Assembly (NCBI GenBank): GCA_900128395.1
Contig: LT649300.1
Coordinates: 1-42,064, forward strand
Reading direction: 5' to 3'
Source: Stramenopiles sp. TOSAG23-2
Taxonomy: Eukaryota
Length of the DNA stretch: 42,064 bases
The notes below the pieces were generated by a model, which saw only the letters and a program-made list of their open reading frames with translations, was not told the DNA's origin and ran no database searches. The position numbers and the translations under genes are program-made. This document shows, in pieces, positions 9,919 to 18,657 of this stretch. Numbering within the stretch: position 1 is the first letter of the stretch; the number at the start of each line of letters is the position of its first letter.

Positions 9919-10080
9919 TTTATTTTAAAATATTAATCTTAACTTCAATAACTGTTATAGTGTTATATTATAATAGGATTATTAGTAATAAAAGGCCAAA
10001 ACTTTTACGAAGTACCACCAGTGGTAGTATACTTAAACACAATATTATGCCTATCATTTTTTTTCTTCTTCAGTTTTATT

Positions 10081-10926
10081 TTAAAGTGCGTACCATTCAT
10101 TGTTATTAGTGTTAAATGAATCGAATTTTCGCTCATTTAAGTGCGTTTCCTTTGCTGTGTTCTTGCTAAGGCTGTTTGTATGGTGGTATTTTGTACTGTA
10201 ACAATTAAAGTGCGTACCATTCATTGTTATTAGTGTTAAATGAATCGAATTTTCGCTCATTTAAGTGCGTTTCCTTTGCTGTGTTCTTGCTAAGGCTGTT
10301 TGTATGGTGGTATTTTGTACTGTAACAAGTACGTTTTTGATACAAAAATATCGTAAATATGCCTCGTTAAGACTTTTTTTTTTACCCCTCTCGAAAATCA
10401 TGAATATTAGCAGGTGCACATCATCATTTGTGACCCGGGTCACAAGGAAAAAGTGACATAGAATATTTTCACCGTCTTAGAGTTAGGGTTAGAATAAATA
10501 TAAATTATTACATTATAAATAGTTTTAAACTTATCGTAAACAACATAACAATATGCCAAAATATATTGCCGTAATAGTGCGTATACGCGGATATTTTGAC
10601 GTAATTTGGCAGAATAGTCGTTTTTTGCCATGGGGTGGTCTTAACGAGGCATATTTACGATATTTATGACACTTATTTATACTTAAAGTTGTATATAAAT
10701 GAGTCTATCAAAAGGGTCTAATAGGAACACAGCAAAGGAAACGCACTTAAATGGACGAAAATTCGATCCATTTAACACTAATAACAATGAATGGTACGCA
10801 CTTTAAAGTTGTATATAAATGAGTCTATCAAAAGGGTCTAATAGGAACACAGCAAAGGAAACGCACTTAAATGGACGAAAATTCGATCCATTTAACACTA
10901 ATAACAATGAAAGGGACGCACTTTAA
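10081..10926. mobile_element. Non-autonomous TIR DNA element (MITE-like, TTAA-bounded, Kolobok-like termini) with duplicated or nested ends
   Basis: Left 124-bp unit x2 (10081-10204, 10205-10328). Right 120-bp unit x2 (10687-10806, 10807-10926). The ~78-bp termini are inverted repeats (TTAA-AGTGCGTACC...GGTACGCACT-TTAA). An inner inverted repeat spans 10327-10373 / 10638-10684. No transposase ORF. Confidence 0.8.
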
Positions 10927-11242
10927 ATAAAATAAAAAAAGATATTTTGTTGTGTTGTTAATTGCAGCACAGGTAGCTACTATTATAGGCACATAGTGGT
11001 GTGTGCATGATAATAATATTAATAATTGTATTATTTATTATTAATCATTTATTTCAACTATTGCAACATTATAACATTATTAACGTGCTATTATTCGGAA
11101 TTAATTAAAAACAAATACCCAAGGAGATGATATATGTAATTTTCTCTTACTCATATATTATATAAATTTCTTTTACTCCCGTAAATTAAAAGTGATTTAA
11201 ATACGCAGTTATTATATATATATACATACACTAAAAATAACC

Positions 11243-12480
11243 ATGAGTGCTGCAACACCACAACAACCAAAGTTAAAACGTTCACGATCTGATATTGTCA
11301 AAAATAATAATAATCAACAAATATTTCTTGGTGGACTTAAAGAAGCATTAGTTCTAGTTCAAAATGAAGCTAGCAAGCTTGCCGATACAGGATTATCCGC
11401 ATTTAGTTTCTTTTATGGATTCAGTGTCTGTCTATTAACAGCATATTTAATTGGTGCTTTCCCAGAAAGTGTTTGGTTAGTATATGGCTTACAAGGTATA
11501 TTAATTTTAGGAAATCGTTTATTGGTTGATATTCCAAGAACCAATCCTACAAATTGGAAATGCTTTCTTGACTTTTGTTGGATAGCTAATATTGTATTTG
11601 CTTTGTTGGCATTTTATATGTTCTTACAAGTTATAGATCGAAAATATTTTGAAGGGTCTATGCTTCCAATTAGTTCAGTGACAAATAAAGCTCCTTGGAT
11701 TGGCCGTGTAGTCATTTTATTTGCATGTGGTCCATTCGCTTTTTCTGTATTAGGTTTAAGAAATAAATTAGGTAAGTAAAAATTCTATTTCCCTTATATA
11801 CATGCAAAAAGCATCGTCATTAATAACACATCATCATTATATTTCATATGCTTCGCTCCATAGTATTGCATGATATTCGCGCGTTTTCTTCCACATTTAT
11901 TCATTTATGGCCTATTATTATTACATTAGCATTTAGAACTCATCCAGAGCAAGTGTTATTGACATATCCAGGATTATTTGATGCATTGACTGGAATTAAA
12001 GATTCTAGCGTCGATGCAGGATTTTTTCATTTAATGCAACTTGGTTGTTTGTCTTACTTCGTATGGTGGATACCATACACAATTTGGATGGTATTGCATG
12101 GAAGATTTCAAAATATTGAAGGTACTGGTGCAAATACTGTTTATATAGATGCAGTTCAAAAAAATAAAATTGTTCGTGTCATTTTAGGAATAGATGGTTC
12201 CACGTATTTAGAAATTGCTGAAAGTGCTAGTAAGCTTGGTCCTGTTTTGAAATATATGTTTATACATGCTATATTTTGCAATATGACGTTTATGTGGGGA
12301 ATATTATGTTATAAATATGTCCAATTACATTTTGTATTTTGTATTATTTGTTTATCAAGTGCATTGTACAATGCATCAATGCATTATGCTTACTTAATGA
12401 CGAATCTACCATCAACTACGATAGTAAAAGAGATTGAAAAAAGACGTAAGAGCAGTGATATTGATTTTAAGAAAGATTAA
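11243..12480 (+). CDS. GPC1: Glycerophosphocholine acyltransferase (GPC1/GPCAT, DUF2838 family); 2 exons, 11243-11771 and 11864-12480, ~381 aa
   Basis: Multi-TM protein with FLDFCWIAN and, across the splice, RNKL-VLHDIRAFSSTFIH, matching the GPC1 motifs (DxCYxxN; RNSLVFHSxDKxTSxFIH). A GTAAGT donor at 11772 and a TAG acceptor at 11861-11863 join the two ORFs in frame. Confidence 0.8.
11772..11863 (+). other. Spliceosomal intron (92 bp, GT-AG)
   Basis: G|GTAAGT ... CCATAG|TA. Removal gives a GTA (Val) codon and restores the conserved motif. Confidence 0.85.
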
Positions 12481-12648
12481 AAAGTGGAGAAGAAAAAAGA
12501 ACGAGAGTGAATTTTTTATTATAAATAATATCAATATTTAAAAATATTAAATATATATATATATTATGATATGATGTATCATATATTAAAATAAAAGTAA
12601 AAAAAGAAATTTTTTAAAAAAGTTCAAAAGGTATCATGTAGGTGCATT

Positions 12649-12768
12649 AATCGCAAGAATAATATATACATGCTATTCTACTAATATAGTAAAGCTCTAA
12701 TGCACCTCTGCAAACTAATACTCCACAAGCACAAGTAGGTTTCTATCCTTCCATCATGTTCGTACGTT
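12649..12768 (-). repeat. Dispersed hairpin-rich repeat family A, copy 1
   Basis: Reverse complement reads aacgtacgaacatgatggaaggatagaaacctacttgtgcttgtggagtattagtttgcagaggtgcattagagctttacta...tattcttgcgatt, near-identical to 27131-27243. Confidence 0.9.
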
Positions 12769-13008
12769 TCAACCATAATATATATGGTGTACATGATGTA
12801 TAATCACGAAGCTCCGTCTCTTGTATGATATGATACGGTATGATATGGCATATTTTTTGATATACACGTATGATACGCACACACAACACACAAGCAGATT
12901 TCTCCTATATCATAAATATCATCTAGAAATAGCTCTTGAAAAACTTTATGCACATATTTTTTGTTTTTTTCCCTTCATTTTTCTCCCTTGAACCAATTTC
13001 TTTTCTTT

Positions 13009-14964
13009 TTACAATAACTGCTCAGTACATTGTAAGTCTTTCCCCTCCTCATCGCCGTCATTATCATCTCCTTCTTCTTCCTCTTCCTCTACTTTTTCCA
13101 TCTCATCTAAATCCTTAAAACCTCCATCATTTGTTGAACTAAAATCATTATCATCAACGTCTTCAACAGAATCATAAATGTCTTCATCATCCTCATCCAT
13201 TAAATTACTAAAACTTCGGCTCATATCACCAGCTACACTTTTATTAATAACATATATTTTTTCCAAGTCAACAAATACACAGGCACATGAAGCACCGTTA
13301 CCTTGACCATGGTTTTTACTAGTCGAAAATATAGTCATAACCTGCGCATGCTTACAAAGTTTCACACCTCCCTGTGTTGCTTCATGTGCTCTAAAAATCA
13401 TCGACAATCCAGTTTCTTTTAAAAAGGTTTCCACGGCTTTCGTGCCATATACTAACGAATATTCCCCACGCCTTCCAGTCATAAATTCTAAATCATTTCC
13501 TTGTAATTGCCGTTCTTGATCATCAGTGGCCGGATCTGCCCATAATAAATTAAATGCTAATCTTTGATAATATTTCTGAAGTTTTTTACTATGTAATAAT
13601 GAGCTTTGATTGTTGTTATTGCCATCATTGTTGTTATTATTATAATCATTATTACTGGAGCTGCTGCCACTACTCTCCATAAAATTATTAACTTTTGCAT
13701 CAACAGTTGTAATAGCCGTCGTAGTTTTATTGTTATTATTAGCATCAAAATTATTATCTGCTGCTGTGTTAAAAATTTCTAAATCTTTTAATTCTTCTGG
13801 ATCTTGTTCATCTTCAGAATCATAAGAACTATTTTCATTCAAATCATCATCTTCGGAATCATAATTATACGTTCCAGGCGATACCACGTTAATTGGACAT
13901 GGGATTTCATTGATTTGAGCGATACGATTTGTAATGCCTCTTTTAGACAATGCTTCTTCCGGCTTTGGTATACCACCATGAACACAGAAAATTTCATTAT
14001 CAATTGTTGCACCAAATGGCATATGTTCAAAAGTCTTATTTATTTCAAGACATAACCTTCTACCATTGTTTACTCCAAATAATTTCACGCATTGCCATAA
14101 AAATGATCTTTGTTTATATGCCTGTATCCAAGTATTAATTTCTTGGGTCTCATGATTTCCTCTCAACAAATGAATTTTTTTTGGATATTTTACTTTACGT
14201 GCAAATAAATAACATATCACTTCGACACTTTGCAATCCACGATCAACATAATCCCCCATAAACAATGCACCGCCACCCATTAAATTTAAACCAAGAGGCC
14301 ACAATGTATTACTAAAGAAGCGCAAATCGTTTAAATTACCATGTATATCGCCCAATACATACAGCGGAGATTGTAATTCCAATACCCTTTTTTCTCTTTT
14401 AAAAATGGCATTACAACAATGACAAATTTTAATAAAATCATCAACAAAAGTAGGACTTCGGAAAAAGTCAATACAATCCCACGGATTATTTCCTTTTGTA
14501 GTTTGAATAATATGTTTCACAAGCCTATTAGTATTTGATGGTTTTCTTCGATTGAAAATCGCTTGCTGGTTCAATATATCGGCGGTTGATGTAGACGCTA
14601 ACCTTCGCAAATTTGTAGTACCAACAATTTTATTGTTTTCATTGGATACTGAAAAAACTGAATTTACAACACGTTTTTTAGAAGGGCGTCGGCGATATTG
14701 TGACTCTTTTTGTTCTTTTTGTTGTTGTTTTCGCCTTTCTTCCTTTTCTTTCAATGTAATAAATGGTGATCCACCAGGTGTCAATGCATCCGCAGAAAAG
14801 TTGCTTTCTTCGATAATTACTTCTGATAATGTACGTTTTAAACCTCGACCATGACGACGGTTCATATTTTTTAAAACTTCTTTTTCATTGTTGTTATCTG
14901 AATTATTATTTGAGTTATTATTATTATTATTATTAATGGTATATTCAGTTGGATTATTCAACAT
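13009..14964 (-). CDS. PPP-family Ser/Thr protein phosphatase (divergent), with Asn/Asp-rich insertions
   Basis: Metallophosphoesterase motifs GDIHG, GDYVDRG, LRGNHE, HGG and RAHE are all present. The SAxNY loop is replaced by STSKNH. Confidence 0.93.
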   Translation of the reverse strand: MLNNPTEYTINNNNNNNSNNNSDNNNEKEVLKNMNRRHGRGLKRTLSEVIIEESNFSADALTPGGSPFITLKEKEERRKQQQKEQKESQYRRRPSKKRVVNSVFSVSNENNKIVGTTNLRRLASTSTADILNQQAIFNRRKPSNTNRLVKHIIQTTKGNNPWDCIDFFRSPTFVDDFIKICHCCNAIFKREKRVLELQSPLYVLGDIHGNLNDLRFFSNTLWPLGLNLMGGGALFMGDYVDRGLQSVEVICYLFARKVKYPKKIHLLRGNHETQEINTWIQAYKQRSFLWQCVKLFGVNNGRRLCLEINKTFEHMPFGATIDNEIFCVHGGIPKPEEALSKRGITNRIAQINEIPCPINVVSPGTYNYDSEDDDLNENSSYDSEDEQDPEELKDLEIFNTAADNNFDANNNNKTTTAITTVDAKVNNFMESSGSSSSNNDYNNNNNDGNNNNQSSLLHSKKLQKYYQRLAFNLLWADPATDDQERQLQGNDLEFMTGRRGEYSLVYGTKAVETFLKETGLSMIFRAHEATQGGVKLCKHAQVMTIFSTSKNHGQGNGASCACVFVDLEKIYVINKSVAGDMSRSFSNLMDEDDEDIYDSVEDVDDNDFSSTNDGGFKDLDEMEKVEEEEEEGDDNDGDEEGKDLQCTEQLL

Positions 14965-15291
14965 ATTATTATAAAAGCTCTTTTTACTATATTAAAATTC
15001 TATCTATTATTATTACTATTATGAATAATGTTTATGAATAAGGATAGGTGGATAGGTGGATAGATGGGTTGATGAATGAAAGCTATGGTGGTAATGTATG
15101 TGTAATGATATCGATTTGCATTTGTTTGAGTATTGTTTTAAATATGTTAAATGAATTAAATTAATAGTAATAGAAGGTGTCTTCATATTCCTTCCTTACT
15201 GTATAGCTTATACTCTGGTAATCCAGTAGCTCAACATATGCTAATCCGTATTAATAATCAAGCTTAGCACCTTATGCTTATGAATGGCACA

Positions 15292-15579
15292 ATGAGAAGG
15301 ATTATTAGTATTTATATAATAGAATTTAGAATTAGTGGATTTCAACACGACGTTTAATTTAAGTACTAATTTAGTATACTAATTTATGCATATTTGATAG
15401 AGAGGTATTGGATATTACAAAAAATCGGAAATTCTTAGTTTATTCATCAAAATAACTATTGGCTATTTTTGGATTTTTTGTAATATCCAATACCTCTCTA
15501 TCAAATATACATAAATTAGTATACTAAATTAGTACTTAAATTAAACGTCGTTATGAAATCCACTAATAATCCTTCTCAT
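15292..15579. mobile_element. Foldback/MITE-like long inverted repeat
   Basis: Arms 15331-15426 and 15472-15567 (~96 bp, few mismatches) around a 45-bp spacer, plus an outer pair atgagaaggattattagt / actaataatccttctcat. Confidence 0.75.
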
Positions 15580-15863
15580 GTAATTTTACATGTAGTTTTT
15601 TTGTTTATTTTTTTGAATTATTTCAAATTACCTAGACTATTTCATCATTCATTATTTTTTATCCTGTTTATGTTGTGCTATCCAGGCTATATATTTATAA
15701 TCTTTTAAATTAGACTATGTACACACACATACAGACGACATTCAATTACATCATTCAATACACAAAATAAACAAAACAAAAAAACAAAGAAAAACATCTC
15801 CTTCCACTCTAATAATAATAAAATTATACGAACAATCAATCACCCGTAGGCAATATCAAATCG

Positions 15864-18257
15864 ATGAAAACAAAACAATATAAACAACATGAGGAGGAGG
15901 ATACCTCTCTTGATAATATGATAAATGATAAAAATAAAACTCCACATGTACGTAATATAAAAGACGTGGGTGAAGGTTTAACACATGTTTTATCGGGAGC
16001 ACTTACTACAGAAAAGGCATTGTTACAAGAAGCAATAAAATACGAACAAAAAATAAGATACAAATTTGCAACGGAATTGAATAAAAGAATGGAAATTACA
16101 CAAGATATTGAACATTCATTGAAACCTACATTTTCACTTAGTTTATTTATACGTATCTTTATTTATCATTTATTTTTTCCATTAACAATACCAATTGTTA
16201 TATTGGTTGAAGGCTTGCACCTTGCAACTGCAATGCAATTTTTACTGTGCCTGGCGCCAATAACGTGTTTTAAGCAAATCTTCAAGGGTAATTTCACTTT
16301 GTTGATTTCTCAATATTTTGTTGCACCATTATCTACAGTAATACTAATTTTTTACCTTACATTATTATTTTATTTTAACAGATTTCCTTGCTTGTCTATC
16401 ACCAATGTGAATATTATGGCTGCACTTGGTTATCACATTTTGCGTATACTTATGATTAGTCTTAAATATGCAATGGCACCAAATCATGAAGTAGCTGCTG
16501 TCTTGAAAAAGCCATTTCATACTACTGCAATAATGTGGAGTAATTGGCACTTAGGCGCATTCATTGGTACCGATATTAATGGTTTTAGGCATCATATTCA
16601 CAAAATTTGTCTAAGGCATGGTATTGATTCACCATTACATGAAAATAAAAGATTTGGTAGGCAAGGATTTAATTTTACGTTTGAATGTTCATTAGACAAA
16701 GACAATCAACATTTGTTTAAAAAGAATAGTGCATTGTATACATTTTTTATCAAAAGAAACAAGGAAGGCCAACGTATATTACCTCTATCTACTTTACCCT
16801 TAGAAGAGAGAAAGAAGTTACCTGTTGAAATGGTTAAAATCATACAACAATATTATTGTATGGTAACGAAACTGAATGAACATGATGAACAAGATTACAA
16901 TGAATTTATTAATTATTTTTCAATTGAAATTTTGTCAAAAAGTAAAAATAATGGTATAAAAAACATTGAAGACTCGATCGTTCATCTACGTGTCGATGTA
17001 AGAGAATTATTGGTTCGTGCTATAAATAAAAAAACATATAGATTGAAATATAGTTCTACAATACTTTGGTGCGTTGCAATTGTTCAAAGTTTAATTCCAT
17101 GGGTAATAGCCATTTGTACGAATCCAAATGGTTTTGGTGATTATAACGCAGCAAAAATCGGTCGGGAAGCATATCAAAATTTCATGGCAAAAAGTAATGC
17201 AAATGGAAATTCAACGTCATCATCCTACGCTTCAATATCAAATTATGATTGTGCACGATTCAATAGTAGTAGCTTTCCTGTTATTGAAGGCGTGAAATAT
17301 TCGATTGCCGGTGAAAACCCTTTTTGGCAAGGTGCAACTGTTTTTATGACCATATCTAGTACCTTTTTACACCTGTTTTATGCCTATGTTATATACACCT
17401 GGTTAACTATTGCCATTGCAGACTCTAAACGACGCCACGACACTATGAAGTTGCTAGATGATTTTATTAAAAAAAGATATTTTTATGAAGGGGAATATAT
17501 CACTGTCAATGGGAATAATGACAATGGCATCGAGAAGATGGAAGGTAACGATGATGAAGGAAGGACCAAAAGCCAAAATTTCGATATGATAACAACAGGA
17601 AATGATGCTTCTGCTGATGGTGTCATTGCTGTGGAGGAAGATGATAAAAAATTGTTATGCGAAAAATTTACTGATATTGTTACTAGCAAGGTAAATGTGA
17701 AATGTACTAAACCACTTTTACTATTAGATTCACCGGAAAATGTATATAACTTTTGTAAAGCACGAAAACTTTTAAAAGAGGTAGGAATGATGTATCATGT
17801 TAGAATGCAAGCACTTGCATTTTTTCTACTAGTAGGTTTCTTCGTTTGTATCATTGGCATGGTATACGTAAGCATAATTTTAAATTTTGGAATCAGTCCT
17901 GTATTAAAAGCAACTGCAACATTGTTGTTTATGTTTGGTACAGGAGGTGTTTTGGAAATGGTGCGTCAAGGTGGTAATGCAAATTATGAAATTTCTCGTT
18001 GCTTAAGTCATATTGATGATCAATGCATTAACTTGTTTGAAAAGAAAGAAAAGGCTGGTGAGTTGCACTTGGAGCGGACAGAAGCAACGGCATTTGCTAT
18101 TGGTGCATGTAGAGATGAATTGAGAGTGGAGTGGCAACGACATCCAATGCGAATATTCTTTTTACCAGCCGGTGCAATTGTGTATAGAGTGATTTTTACG
18201 TTGATGTTTTTATTTTTAGGTTTTATTGTGAGAGATTATTATATGGACAGCCATTAA
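15864..18257 (+). CDS. Multi-pass membrane protein, PHTF/7TM-ion-channel-like C-terminal half
   Basis: 797-aa ORF with about 9-10 hydrophobic segments. IAIADSKRRHDTMKLL, LDSPENVYNFCKARKLLK and the terminal HPMRIFFLPAGAIVYRVIF resemble PHTF motifs. The CDS is solid; the family call is tentative. Confidence 0.6.
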   Translation: MKTKQYKQHEEEDTSLDNMINDKNKTPHVRNIKDVGEGLTHVLSGALTTEKALLQEAIKYEQKIRYKFATELNKRMEITQDIEHSLKPTFSLSLFIRIFIYHLFFPLTIPIVILVEGLHLATAMQFLLCLAPITCFKQIFKGNFTLLISQYFVAPLSTVILIFYLTLLFYFNRFPCLSITNVNIMAALGYHILRILMISLKYAMAPNHEVAAVLKKPFHTTAIMWSNWHLGAFIGTDINGFRHHIHKICLRHGIDSPLHENKRFGRQGFNFTFECSLDKDNQHLFKKNSALYTFFIKRNKEGQRILPLSTLPLEERKKLPVEMVKIIQQYYCMVTKLNEHDEQDYNEFINYFSIEILSKSKNNGIKNIEDSIVHLRVDVRELLVRAINKKTYRLKYSSTILWCVAIVQSLIPWVIAICTNPNGFGDYNAAKIGREAYQNFMAKSNANGNSTSSSYASISNYDCARFNSSSFPVIEGVKYSIAGENPFWQGATVFMTISSTFLHLFYAYVIYTWLTIAIADSKRRHDTMKLLDDFIKKRYFYEGEYITVNGNNDNGIEKMEGNDDEGRTKSQNFDMITTGNDASADGVIAVEEDDKKLLCEKFTDIVTSKVNVKCTKPLLLLDSPENVYNFCKARKLLKEVGMMYHVRMQALAFFLLVGFFVCIIGMVYVSIILNFGISPVLKATATLLFMFGTGGVLEMVRQGGNANYEISRCLSHIDDQCINLFEKKEKAGELHLERTEATAFAIGACRDELRVEWQRHPMRIFFLPAGAIVYRVIFTLMFLFLGFIVRDYYMDSH

Positions 18258-18446
18258 AACATATAGTGTGGCACGTTTCAATTAGAGATATATATTAGAA
18301 TATCAAGAGGTATATAAACCACACGACTATGGCATGATATGTACCACACGAAGTATACGTTTCCCGAGAGATTATAATATGCGATATATGAAAATGATGG
18401 CATATGCGATATATGATAAAAATGATATATCATATTATGAACGCAG

Positions 18447-18622
18447 GGAAGGATAGAAACCTCTACTCATGCTTGTAGAGTATTAGTTTGCAGTTGTGCA
18501 TTAGAGCTTTACTAACACGTAGTAGGATATAGAATAATTATTCTTGAGATATTGAGTATTGAGCATTATTACTTTTAGCACCCGGGAAGTAAAATTTTTA
18601 TAGAAACTTAGATTTTAACATC
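18447..18622 (+). repeat. Dispersed hairpin-rich repeat family A, copy 2
   Basis: ggaaggatagaaacctctactcatgcttgtagagtattagtttgcagttgtgcattagagctttactaa...attgagtattgagcat...aacttagattttaacatc matches 27147-27364. Confidence 0.88.
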
Positions 18623-18657
18623 CTCTTAAATATTAAAAATATATTTTTTTAAAAAAT

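Noticed and set aside
9915-10631. Small ORFs 9915..10109, 10261..10443, 10265..10456, 10440..10631
   Set aside because: They overlap the inverted-repeat element, mostly start at non-ATG codons, and show no recognisable motifs.
10081-10926. CRISPR-like array or prokaryotic IS
   Set aside because: Units are 120-124 bp tandem copies without unique spacers, there are no cas or transposase genes, and the context is eukaryotic.
11243-12480. Frameshifted pseudogene or two separate genes
   Set aside because: A canonical GT-AG intron explains the split and restores the conserved motif.
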